Source: a virus
Taxonomy: Duplodnaviria; Caudoviricetes
Reading direction: 5' to 3' (one strand)
Virus record (IMG/VR): IMGVR_UViG_3300014208_000063
Coordinates: 1 to 45,482 of that record
Length of the DNA: 45,482 nt
The notes under the pieces were generated by a model that saw only the letters and a list, made by a program, of their open reading frames with translations, had not been told where the DNA came from and made no database searches. Of this stretch, positions 29,579 through 38,081 are shown one piece after another (within the stretch, counting starts at the first letter, position 1; every line of letters starts with the position of its first letter). The translations under genes and the position numbers were made by a program.

Positions 29579-29881
29579 GAATATAAAAACACCAAATTTA
29601 TATCAGTCTAGCCAGACCTTCTTACTAGGTAACTAGGGACTATAAATACTAGGGGAAAGTAAGCCAACACGGATACTCCAACCTTTTGCTAATCCAACAA
29701 TTAAAACTAACAGTTCTATTCCTATAAAGGAATATTGATACAAGCTCCAGTAGTAATAGTGGAGAGGGGAATACAGAGATGTATGTGATACCTAGATACT
29801 CCTATTTAGCAAAGGTAGAGCAACGGCTTGGCAAGTTGGCTTAGTAGTTAACTATAGTATACTAGAGTATACAGTAACATT

Positions 29882-30046
29882 ATGAAAGATAAGAAAGTAA
29901 ATAATAATTGGGAAAATTCTGAATACAGTGATTTAATCAGAATAAAACCAGAAGACAAAGAATACATTAAAACAGTTAAAGGTGATTTATCTATGGCTGG
30001 ATTTTTACATTTTATAATACAAACTTATAAAGCTAATAATAAATAA
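29882..30046 (+). CDS. Small ribbon-helix-helix-like protein (54 aa, not in ORF track)
   Basis: LIRIKPEDKEYIKTVKGDLSMAGFLHFII beta-alpha-alpha pattern; TAATATG-coupled to the YopX gene. Confidence 0.45.
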   Translation: MKDKKVNNNWENSEYSDLIRIKPEDKEYIKTVKGDLSMAGFLHFIIQTYKANNK

Positions 30047-30047
30047 T

Positions 30048-30476
30048 ATGAGAGAAATAAAATTTAGAGCTTGGGATAAAAGAAATAAGAAGATGTTATT
30101 TTTTAATGAAGCGTGGGTTTGTCAAGAATATAGAAGTTTAGCATTTTGGAATAGTGATGAAGATATAGATTATTATAAAGATTTAGAATCTTATAAATTT
30201 AGTGAAGATAAAATAAATGATTTAGAATTACAGCAATTCACTGGATTGCTCGACAAGAACGGCAAAGAGATTTATGAGGGGGATATTATAACTGATATAA
30301 AATTAAAAACAAAAATTTTATTTACAATAGATTTTGGTTTTGCAACAAAAGATGATGGTTATGGTGTAATTGTTTGGTCGCCAAAAAGTGGAGAGAGTTA
30401 TAATATAACAAAAGAATTTTGTGAAAGAGGAGAAGTCATCGGCAATGTCTACGAAAATAAAGATTTATTAACTTAA
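30048..30476 (+). CDS. YopX family protein
   Basis: MREIKFRAWDK...QFTGLLDKNGKEIYEGDI...EVIGNVYEN. Confidence 0.95.
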   Translation: MREIKFRAWDKRNKKMLFFNEAWVCQEYRSLAFWNSDEDIDYYKDLESYKFSEDKINDLELQQFTGLLDKNGKEIYEGDIITDIKLKTKILFTIDFGFATKDDGYGVIVWSPKSGESYNITKEFCERGEVIGNVYENKDLLT

Positions 30477-30480
30477 ATAT

Positions 30481-30723
30481 ATGAACCTAGACATAGAAAT
30501 AGTAAGAGGCTCTAAAGTCCTCCGTCATAAATCTAACTCTAGTATTAAACTAGCCCTAGAGTGGCTATATCTTACTAAAAGAAAACTAACAGACTTTGAT
30601 TACATAGAAGTAAGAGTATTTGATACAGTATTTACTACTAGAGGAAAAGAGTATATGCCCAGAGAAGATAAACAGTTTTATACTTTTCAGGAAGCTAGAG
30701 AGTTTATAAGTAATTTAGAGTAA
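30481..30723 (+). CDS. Hypothetical protein
   Basis: 80-aa ORF. Confidence 0.6.
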   Translation: MNLDIEIVRGSKVLRHKSNSSIKLALEWLYLTKRKLTDFDYIEVRVFDTVFTTRGKEYMPREDKQFYTFQEAREFISNLE

Positions 30724-30724
30724 T

Positions 30725-31768
30725 ATGAAATTAACAAAAGAACAATTAAAATTAATTGAGCTAATGATTAATGATGGCTATATTAATTGTCAAAAACATC
30801 CAAACGTTGATTTATGGATTTATAATTATAGTAATAAAACTCAATTTGATAAGATGTGGAATGAAGCTACTATAATGTGTAGAGGTCTTATTTTAGATGG
30901 GGATAATAATATAGTAGCTTTACCATTTAAAAAGTTTTTTAATTATGGAGAAGATATTAATTTAAAAATTCCAAACGAAGAACCAATTATAAGTGAAAAA
31001 ATAGATGGTTCATTAGGTATTTTATATTGGATTAAAGATACCCCATATATTGCTACACGTGGTTCATTTATTTCTGAACAAGCTGTTTGGGCTACTAAAT
31101 GGTTACATAAATATCTTGAAAATGGTGGAGAATGTATGAATAAAAATGCTACTATGTTATTTGAAATTATTTATCCTGAAAATAGAATAGTTGTTGATTA
31201 TAATGGATATGAGGGATTAATTCACCTTGCCCAAATAGATTTAAATACTGGTAAGCAAATTATAAATCCTTATATTCCAAAAGGAATTAAATCTGCGAAA
31301 ATAGTTAAAAATCAAGATTTAGAAACACTTAAGAATATAAAAATAGATAATCAAGAGGGCTTTGTAATTTTTTATCCTAAATCAGAATTAAGATTAAAGG
31401 TTAAATTTGAAGAATATGTTAGATTACACAGATTAATTACTGGTGTGAATGAAAGGCGTATTTGGGATATACTTCGTAATAATCAAGATATAAATGAATT
31501 GCTTGATAGAGTACCTGATGAATTTTATAATTGGGTTAAAAAAATAATTGATGATTTAAAACACACGTATGCTAGAATTCATAAAGAAGCTATAGCTGTT
31601 AGTTTATCAGTCCAAAATTTAGATACAAGAAAAGAACAAGCGGAAATAATTAAAAAATATAAATATCCATCTGTAGTATTTAGTTTATTAGATGGCAAAA
31701 ATCCTAATCAAATTATTTGGAAACTATTAAAACCAAAATCTAATAAACCATTTAAAATAGAAATATAG
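30725..31768 (+). CDS. T4 Rnl1/RnlA-like RNA ligase
   Basis: CRGLI, FKKFFN, EKIDGSLG (motif I KxDG), ATRGSF, FEII, EGFV and LKVK motifs. Confidence 0.9.
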   Translation: MKLTKEQLKLIELMINDGYINCQKHPNVDLWIYNYSNKTQFDKMWNEATIMCRGLILDGDNNIVALPFKKFFNYGEDINLKIPNEEPIISEKIDGSLGILYWIKDTPYIATRGSFISEQAVWATKWLHKYLENGGECMNKNATMLFEIIYPENRIVVDYNGYEGLIHLAQIDLNTGKQIINPYIPKGIKSAKIVKNQDLETLKNIKIDNQEGFVIFYPKSELRLKVKFEEYVRLHRLITGVNERRIWDILRNNQDINELLDRVPDEFYNWVKKIIDDLKHTYARIHKEAIAVSLSVQNLDTRKEQAEIIKKYKYPSVVFSLLDGKNPNQIIWKLLKPKSNKPFKIEI

Positions 31769-31794
31769 AGTAACTACTATATATTAAATAGGTA

Positions 31795-31849
31795 TGTGTA
31801 TAAGTCTAAAAGTTATCCACTTGACATCATTATTTTATTATGATACACT
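31795..31849 (+). promoter_or_regulatory. Two DnaA-like boxes plus a strong sigma70 promoter, leaderless
   Basis: TGTGTATAA (31795-31803), TTATCCACT (31813-31821), TTGACA-17 nt-TACACT with TGn extension, ATG 6 nt downstream. Confidence 0.75.
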
Positions 31850-31855
31850 GGTAAT

Positions 31856-32377
31856 ATGAGTAATAAAAAAGAAATAATTGAATTAAGAAGAAATGGAGCT
31901 ACATATCAAGAAATAGCTGATAAATATAGTATTTCCCGTCAAAGAGTACATCAGATTATTACTGGTTATAAATCTCCAGCTACTTTAGAAAAATTAATAC
32001 AATCTAGAATTAGAGAAGAAAGAGCAATGCAAAAAATCAATCAGTTATTAAGAGAAAAAATAAATTTAAACATTAAATATCCTAATAATAAAAATATAAC
32101 TCATTTAACTGGTATGGAGTCTGGTAGTAGAGATAGAAATAGGGAATTAGTAAGGATTAGAGATAAATATACTTGTCAAATATGTGGTAAAGTTTGGCAA
32201 AAAGGGAAAAGAAGATTTGATGTTCATCATTTAGACGAAGATAAAAACAAAACAAGACAAATAGATAACTTATTAGAAGAATCAAAAAATATGATTACAT
32301 TATGTCATTCTTGCCATCTTAATTTGCCAGGACACAAACTATCAATGAAAAAAGCTAAAAATAAATCTTATGAATAA
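31856..32377 (+). CDS. HTH-HNH endonuclease
   Basis: TYQEIADKYSISRQRVHQI HTH; RDKYTCQIC...VHH...NMITLCHSCH. Confidence 0.85.
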   Translation: MSNKKEIIELRRNGATYQEIADKYSISRQRVHQIITGYKSPATLEKLIQSRIREERAMQKINQLLREKINLNIKYPNNKNITHLTGMESGSRDRNRELVRIRDKYTCQICGKVWQKGKRRFDVHHLDEDKNKTRQIDNLLEESKNMITLCHSCHLNLPGHKLSMKKAKNKSYE

Positions 32378-32543
32378 ATTTAAAACCTATAAAGTATTTG
32401 AAAAATCTGAAAAAGTTATTATTGATGAAACAATTAAAAGAATATCTGCTACTGGTAGACATCAAACAAAACAAGGAGTATTAAACGATATGCTATTAGA
32501 ATATCCAGTAATGCTTAAAAGATTAAAAGACTTACAAAAATAA
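32370..32543 (+). CDS. Small hypothetical protein (57 aa, not in ORF track)
   Basis: MNKFKTYKVFEK...; fills the gap and is coupled at both ends. Confidence 0.5.
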   Translation: MNKFKTYKVFEKSEKVIIDETIKRISATGRHQTKQGVLNDMLLEYPVMLKRLKDLQK

Positions 32544-32544
32544 T

Positions 32545-32700
32545 ATGGAAAAAACAATAACAATACAAGTAAGTGAGAAAGGTAGCGATAAAGCACCCAT
32601 TATCCGTAATTATCAAATAGACCCAGAAGACATAGATGTATTTGATATAGACCTATTTGATATGATTAAGACTTTATTAGATGAAAAGGAGGAATTTTAA
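32545..32700 (+). CDS. Small acidic hypothetical protein (51 aa, not in ORF track)
   Basis: MEKTITIQVSEK...; TAATATG at both junctions. Confidence 0.5.
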   Translation: MEKTITIQVSEKGSDKAPIIRNYQIDPEDIDVFDIDLFDMIKTLLDEKEEF

Positions 32701-32701
32701 T

Positions 32702-32950
32702 ATGGCAGTATCATTTAAACAAAGAGGCTACATAGCTCACGCTCTAAAAGTAAATAGAAATATGTACCCAGAGCTAAAAGCAATGTTCCCTCCTAAAGTA
32801 GAAAATGGAGCAGATATTTCTATAGCAGAACTAGAAGTTAAGGTAAGTAAGCTAGACCCTATGTCTGTATCAGATGTTATATCTATGTTAGAAGATGACT
32901 TAATTTTAGAAGGCTTTAATCAACTTAACTATTTAATAAATAATAACTAA
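32702..32950 (+). CDS. Hypothetical protein
   Basis: Start moved to MAVSFKQRG after TAAT. Confidence 0.6.
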   Translation: MAVSFKQRGYIAHALKVNRNMYPELKAMFPPKVENGADISIAELEVKVSKLDPMSVSDVISMLEDDLILEGFNQLNYLINNN

Positions 32951-32956
32951 AAAAAT

Positions 32957-33328
32957 ATGGCAAACTTAAATCAAGGAAAACAAGTAGGAGAACCTTGTGC
33001 CTACTGTCAGCAACCATTAGAGCAAGGTAAATTCGGGGCTTATTGTAAGCCTTGTTATCAGAAGTATAAAAACAGCCAACAAGCTACACCTCAACCACAA
33101 TATGTAAAACAACAAGATAAACCAGATTGGGAAGCTATTTCAAGAGGTAAAGTAAGACACGGAATAGTTTGTGCTATGCTACAAAATGGTAAAAGTTATG
33201 ACGACATAGCTACTCAATTACTAAGATTTGAACAGCTTATTATGAACGGAGTAACAACCACTGGTAGAAATCCTAATGCTGAACAAAACTTTGTAGATGA
33301 AATGGAAGAGCTTAATAACCTTATGTAA
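32957..33328 (+). CDS. Zn-ribbon protein with acidic tail
   Basis: CAYC...CKPC; acidic C-terminus. Confidence 0.6.
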   Translation: MANLNQGKQVGEPCAYCQQPLEQGKFGAYCKPCYQKYKNSQQATPQPQYVKQQDKPDWEAISRGKVRHGIVCAMLQNGKSYDDIATQLLRFEQLIMNGVTTTGRNPNAEQNFVDEMEELNNLM

Positions 33329-33329
33329 T

Positions 33330-33548
33330 ATGACCTGTGAAAAATACATTTTAGAGCAACTAGAAAACAGACCAAACGGATTAGCTGGTGGTACCTTAGA
33401 GGACAATGTCAGAGATTTAGCTGGTTATAAGTCCTCTACTGTATCACGAATAGCTAGAAGTATGGCAGAAGATAGGAAGATACAAAGAGGTGAATTTCTA
33501 GTAAATGGTAAGAAGTGTGTATTTTATAGGCATTTAAAGTTTAAATAA
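33330..33548 (+). CDS. Putative winged-helix DNA-binding protein
   Basis: STVSRIARSMAEDRKI helix followed by a beta-hairpin. Confidence 0.5.
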   Translation: MTCEKYILEQLENRPNGLAGGTLEDNVRDLAGYKSSTVSRIARSMAEDRKIQRGEFLVNGKKCVFYRHLKFK

Positions 33549-33561
33549 CTAACATAAAAAT

Positions 33562-34059
33562 ATGTTTACAAAAAGAAAAATAAAAGGCAATACCTCCCAC
33601 GCTAAAAATGGGGAGTTTGCTAAAAGCGATTACAAGATTACTTTAAGAAGAAAGAGATTGAGTAAGATACTAATACTAGAGATAGCTGTTTTAACAACAC
33701 TGTTCATAATATTAGCCGATTTAGCAGCTCAAAAGGTTTTTACAGCTATTTATCCCATAAACCACGTAGAAGCCTCTTATACGCCAAATTTGAGCCTTGA
33801 GGAGCATATCTGTGAGGCTACCAATGGTGAGAATTGTGAAGTATTAGTAAATTTGGCTAAATGTGAAAGTTCCCTAAACAAAGAAGCTGTCAATGTAAAT
33901 ACTAACGGAACTTATGACGCTGGACTTTTCCAGATTAATAGTATTCACAAAGACATAAGTTTAAGTCAAAAATTAGATGTTTATGCTTCTGCTCGTTGGT
34001 CAAACGAACAAATTAAAAAAGGTAACGGACACATTTGGGTCTGTTGGAAAAAAATATAA
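33562..34059 (+). CDS. Membrane-anchored SLT/lysozyme-like transglycosylase
   Basis: N-terminal TM helix; CESS (catalytic Glu), DAGLFQIN and W motifs. Confidence 0.8.
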   Translation: MFTKRKIKGNTSHAKNGEFAKSDYKITLRRKRLSKILILEIAVLTTLFIILADLAAQKVFTAIYPINHVEASYTPNLSLEEHICEATNGENCEVLVNLAKCESSLNKEAVNVNTNGTYDAGLFQINSIHKDISLSQKLDVYASARWSNEQIKKGNGHIWVCWKKI

Positions 34060-34061
34060 AT

Positions 34062-34439
34062 ATGAAACAAGAACTTTTACAGCTTCCTGCTACCATAAGC
34101 AAGGTAAGCTCAATGGCTAACAAAGTATTAAGATTACAGATAGACACAAACGAGAATTTAAGTGAAGAGCAAATGGCTAAGATTATGTCTAAGTATGATA
34201 AATTCGGATACTTTTGCTTCTTAGAGGACACCAGAATAAAGGAAGATGATGTTATAGATTTGCCACCTTTACCAAAAGACGAAGCAGATCAGAAATCCCC
34301 TAGTCAAAGGCTAAGAGCTAGAATGTTTGTCTATTACAAAGAAACTCATACAGAAGATAAATTCAATGAATGGTATGCTGATACGCTTAATAAAATAGGC
34401 GAACAATACTTACAAAAACTTGATGCTCCAATAGAATAA
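34062..34439 (+). CDS. Hypothetical phage protein
   Basis: KSPSQRLRA motif; start moved to MKQEL. Confidence 0.65.
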   Translation: MKQELLQLPATISKVSSMANKVLRLQIDTNENLSEEQMAKIMSKYDKFGYFCFLEDTRIKEDDVIDLPPLPKDEADQKSPSQRLRARMFVYYKETHTEDKFNEWYADTLNKIGEQYLQKLDAPIE

Positions 34440-34456
34440 ATTAAATTTTAATCCCT

Positions 34457-34819
34457 ATGCAAGATTTAAATTTAGAATGGAAACCAGACGAAACAATGAG
34501 GATATGTCGTACTCCTGATTGTGGTGAAATATTAGAAGGCAAACAGATTTACTGTAAAAAGTGTTATAGATGGCGTAAGTTAAAATCTATACAAAAGGCT
34601 AATAAGAAAAGATCTATGGAACCAGAAACCTTTCCTACTTGGAAATGCGACCAATGTAATGAGGTATTACAGTTAGACTTTAACCCTGCTGGTATTAGTT
34701 ATAGGAATATAAAGTTTGATAAATTCAAAGCTAAACATTATTCAAAGTGTAAAAATGTATTACCAAAAAAAGAAATGGACAACCGCTCAGAAGGCTACGT
34801 ACAAGGACAATCTCTATGA
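34457..34819 (+). CDS. Zinc-finger protein
   Basis: CRTPDC, CKKC and CDQC...H..C. Confidence 0.6.
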   Translation: MQDLNLEWKPDETMRICRTPDCGEILEGKQIYCKKCYRWRKLKSIQKANKKRSMEPETFPTWKCDQCNEVLQLDFNPAGISYRNIKFDKFKAKHYSKCKNVLPKKEMDNRSEGYVQGQSL

Positions 34820-35162
34820 TTCCAAATTTGAGGCAAGTTATGCGGCGGATCTGGATTTACTTGTAAGAGCTAAGAAAGTTAAATCTTGGGAAAGACAGGT
34901 TAAGATACCTTTAGAGATAAATGGATTTCATATCTGTAATTACTATATAGACTTTATTGTTTATCATACTGACGGAACTATTGAATATACAGAAGCCAAG
35001 GGATGGCCTTCTCCCATTTGGAAACTGAAATGGAAGATGTTTGAAGCTCTTTATTCAGAGAAACCAGATGTTAAATTAACAGTCGTTCAACAAGGTAATT
35101 TTAAAATGCCTCACGCAAAGAAGAATAAGCAAATTAAAGGAATAGCAAAATTAAAAAAATAG
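34755..35162 (+). CDS. DUF1064-like PD-(D/E)XK nuclease
   Basis: YDSKFEA...WERQV...YYIDF...EAKG. Confidence 0.8.
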   Translation: MYYQKKKWTTAQKATYKDNLYDSKFEASYAADLDLLVRAKKVKSWERQVKIPLEINGFHICNYYIDFIVYHTDGTIEYTEAKGWPSPIWKLKWKMFEALYSEKPDVKLTVVQQGNFKMPHAKKNKQIKGIAKLKK

Positions 35163-35169
35163 TTCATTA

Positions 35170-35556
35170 GAGAATCCTAAGCCTGCCAAATTGCTTGGGG
35201 ATTCTCACAGGGATACTGGTTTTCTAGCAAGGGTTCTAGTATCTCTATGAGAGTTAAATAATTAGAATATAAAGTGTATGGAAACAGTGCAAGAAGAATT
35301 AGGTTCAGTAATAACTGGATAACTCCCAATAACTTGGGATTTATCAAGAGTGTGGGTAGTGGCGGAATAGCTAACCGTCAATATAGTAAGAAATAAACTT
35401 GCCCAATAGGGACAACGCAGAAAAGAGACTGTTACTTACCTACCTACACTCCTGATAGATTAGTTTATTGCTTACAGGCGGGAAGTTGTGTGCAAGCTAC
35501 GCCAACAGATTAGTAAAACTAGTTAAGTCTAATCACCGCCTGTAAAGAATAAATTA
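35170..35556 (+). ncRNA. Cluster of candidate structured RNAs
   Basis: Hairpins at 35170-35206 and 35204-35251; closed multibranch elements at 35341-35458 and 35461-35556. Confidence 0.45.
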
Positions 35557-35573
35557 AATAATATATAATTACT

Positions 35574-35729
35574 ATGAAGATAACAAAAATAACAAAAGAG
35601 TATTATGAGGTAGACGGAGAGAAAGTTTACTTCCTTGAGCCATTAGAAAAGGTCATATCCATAAAAGAATTGCAGAAAATTATGGATACGGCAGAAGAGT
35701 TAGTTAATAAATTAAGAGGAAAAATATGA
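35574..35729 (+). CDS. Small hypothetical protein (51 aa, not in ORF track)
   Basis: MKITKITKEYYEVDGEKVYF...; ATGA-coupled to 35726. Confidence 0.5.
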   Translation: MKITKITKEYYEVDGEKVYFLEPLEKVISIKELQKIMDTAEELVNKLRGKI

Positions 35730-35980
35730 AACTATACGAACTACAACAAACATTTGACGAGATGACGGCTCAATTAAAAGAATTGGATAATTGTGTTTCG
35801 CCAGATAAAAATAGCGAGCAATATAAAATGCTCTGGGACGATAGGGCGGAGATTAAAGGTCGGCTAACTGCATTGTTAAAAACAAAAACAGCTTGTTGCG
35901 AAAGACCGTTTGCAGCAGAGGGATTAACATACTGTTCCAACTGCGGTGGTGATGGCAGGGGAATAGTTAAAACTTACTAA
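35726..35980 (+). CDS. Hypothetical protein with C-terminal Cys cluster
   Basis: CC...CSNC. Confidence 0.55.
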   Translation: MKLYELQQTFDEMTAQLKELDNCVSPDKNSEQYKMLWDDRAEIKGRLTALLKTKTACCERPFAAEGLTYCSNCGGDGRGIVKTY

Positions 35981-35981
35981 T

Positions 35982-36203
35982 ATGAACGACAAAATAACAC
36001 AAAAGTGGAAAGATGAGACCATCAAGCAAGCAGGGGCGTTAGCCGAGAGAGAGAAAGCAAATAATATACCCGCTGTTTCAAGAAGGGAAATTTATAGAAA
36101 TACCTGCGAAATGATGTATGACCATTATTCAATTCTTCATATAGTTGATATTGAAACTGCTCTCGGAATTATTCGGGGGGTATTAGAAGATAAAAAAATA
36201 TGA
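35982..36203 (+). CDS. Hypothetical protein
   Basis: 73-aa coupled ORF. Confidence 0.55.
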   Translation: MNDKITQKWKDETIKQAGALAEREKANNIPAVSRREIYRNTCEMMYDHYSILHIVDIETALGIIRGVLEDKKI

Positions 36204-36382
36204 AAACAATATCTAAAAAAGACTTAATGGAGTTTTTGAGAGAGGAAAAGAAAGCCAGTATTGCCAATAAACAATACTCAAAAGAAAGTTCAGTTAATAA
36301 AGCCTACTATGAAGGTATGGTTTTGGCTCAAAATAGAACCATTGAGTTCATTAAAAAAATGTTGAGAAACTATGAAATATAA
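36200..36382 (+). CDS. Hypothetical protein
   Basis: 60-aa coupled ORF. Confidence 0.5.
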   Translation: MKTISKKDLMEFLREEKKASIANKQYSKESSVNKAYYEGMVLAQNRTIEFIKKMLRNYEI

Positions 36383-36890
36383 AACAATTTTAGCAGACCC
36401 CCCTTGGAACTTGGGAGAGATGAGAATGAAGAAGGCAAGACCAAAAGCTATGTTGCCCTATCCTAAGATGAAAACAGAGGCTATATGTGCCTTACCAGTG
36501 GCTGGACTTGCTGACGATAACTGCAATCTATTCCTTTGGACGACACACACTTTTTTGCCTGATGCCTTTGAAGTTATGAAGGCGTGGGGATTTCGCTATC
36601 ATTGTTTGCTTACTTGGGATAAAACTAATGGTATCCCTTGCTGGGGATTTAAAAGAAAAACAGAATTTGTTTTATACGGCTATAAAGGAAAAATTACAGT
36701 CAATCAAACAGGGAAATTTATTCATACATTGTTCACCGAAAAGCTAACAGAACATTCTAAAAAACCAAACATTTTCTATGAGATTTTAGAAAGCAATACG
36801 CCAGAACCGAGAATAGAATTATTTGCCAGAAATAAAAGAGACGGCTGGGATGTCTGGGGTAACGAAGTAGAAAGTGACATATCCCTATGA
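36372..36890 (+). CDS. MT-A70 family adenine methyltransferase
   Basis: ILADPPW, LFLWTT, AWGF, HSKKP and RIELFAR...GW..WGNE. Confidence 0.92.
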   Translation: MKYKTILADPPWNLGEMRMKKARPKAMLPYPKMKTEAICALPVAGLADDNCNLFLWTTHTFLPDAFEVMKAWGFRYHCLLTWDKTNGIPCWGFKRKTEFVLYGYKGKITVNQTGKFIHTLFTEKLTEHSKKPNIFYEILESNTPEPRIELFARNKRDGWDVWGNEVESDISL

Positions 36891-37504
36891 AAATATACAA
36901 AATAACAGAAGCAAGTGCGTATCTCGGGATAAGTATAAATTCATTAAAGACGCTTGCCAACAACAACAAAATAAATTCTTTCAAAACAGACGGAGAGCAT
37001 AGGCGTTTTCGGGAAGATGATTTGGACACCTATATGGGAGTTAAGAAAGAAAAACAAGAACGGCTAACTGTTATTTATGCCAGATGTTCTACCGCCAAAC
37101 AGAAAGAAAACCTTGAAAGGCAGAAAGACAGACTAAGAAAACACGCCGAAGAAAAGGGATACAAGTATTTAATGATAGACGAAATTGCAAGCGGAATAAA
37201 CGAGAAACGGAAAGGGATACACAAGTTAATCAAGATGTGTTTTGAGGGAAAGGTTGAACGGATTTTAATCGAATATAAAGATAGACTGGCAAGATTTGGC
37301 TACGAGTATCTGGACGCAATTTTTAGGAATTTAGAGATAATTGTTGAGATAGTGGAAATTAAAGAAAAGAAGTATGAAGAGGAATTAGCAGAGGATATTA
37401 TGAAGATTCTTACTTGCTACTCTGCCCGATATTACGGGGCGAGAGGCGGTCGAAAGAAGAAAATTGAACCAGTTAAAGAACCCAACGAATCTAATGGAAT
37501 TTAA
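36887..37504 (+). CDS. tnpA: IS607-family TnpA-like serine recombinase (N-terminal HTH)
   Basis: MerR-like HTH (ASAYLGIS...GEHRR), YARCS catalytic Ser, ASGINEKRKG, YKDRLARFG and SARYYG. Confidence 0.9.
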   Translation: MKIYKITEASAYLGISINSLKTLANNNKINSFKTDGEHRRFREDDLDTYMGVKKEKQERLTVIYARCSTAKQKENLERQKDRLRKHAEEKGYKYLMIDEIASGINEKRKGIHKLIKMCFEGKVERILIEYKDRLARFGYEYLDAIFRNLEIIVEIVEIKEKKYEEELAEDIMKILTCYSARYYGARGGRKKKIEPVKEPNESNGI

Positions 37505-37638
37505 AAAGGAGGTTATATGAGTATAGATTATCCAATTTTTGCTAAAAAGAATGATGCTTGTTTATTTTTTGAAGATAAGGGTGGAAATTGGGAAGTGAAA
37601 AAAGTATTAATAACATTTGAAGATTAACCAAATAAATT

Positions 37639-37863
37639 ATGACAGATAAAAAAGTAATTGAGAAGTTTAAGAAGAAATTTGAAGAACAAAAATTTACCAA
37701 CAAAAATGGTTATCCTATTCCTGAAAAAATTGAACAATTCATCTTAACCACCCTTAAACAATATCAGGAAGAGTTAGTGAAACAATTAGAAATAGAAAAT
37801 ACTGGTGCTAAGATTTATCGTGAAGGACTTTCTTTAGCAATAGAAATAATTAAAAAGAAATAG
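37639..37863 (+). CDS. Hypothetical protein
   Basis: 74-aa ORF. Confidence 0.55.
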   Translation: MTDKKVIEKFKKKFEEQKFTNKNGYPIPEKIEQFILTTLKQYQEELVKQLEIENTGAKIYREGLSLAIEIIKKK

Positions 37864-38019
37864 TTTCTTACTTACTGGGACAAAGACCGAAGATATTGCC
37901 TGCAGGTCTGGCTTCTGAAAATTAGAGAGGTGTAATGCTAGTCATTACATCTAAGCCCTATACCGTAAAATATCGGGACGGCATACGCCGAGGCTAGGAA
38001 GCCCCCAGCGAATAGGAAA
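37864..38019 (+). ncRNA. Candidate multibranch structured RNA
   Basis: 16-bp imperfect closing stem with at least four internal helices; GC-richer than its flanks. Confidence 0.5.
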
Positions 38020-38081
38020 ATATACAATTAAATATCAAAAACCTTAAAATATAAGGGATTTATTAATTAAAAATATACAAT

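Noticed and set aside
29800-29870. tRNA-like stretch (TAGCAAAGGTAGAGCA, possible GGC anticodon loop)
   Set aside because: No TTC T-arm and no acceptor-stem partner; at most a remnant
35160-35560. CRISPR or mini-array in the intergenic regions
   Set aside because: Only inverted repeats; no direct repeats with spacers and no cas genes
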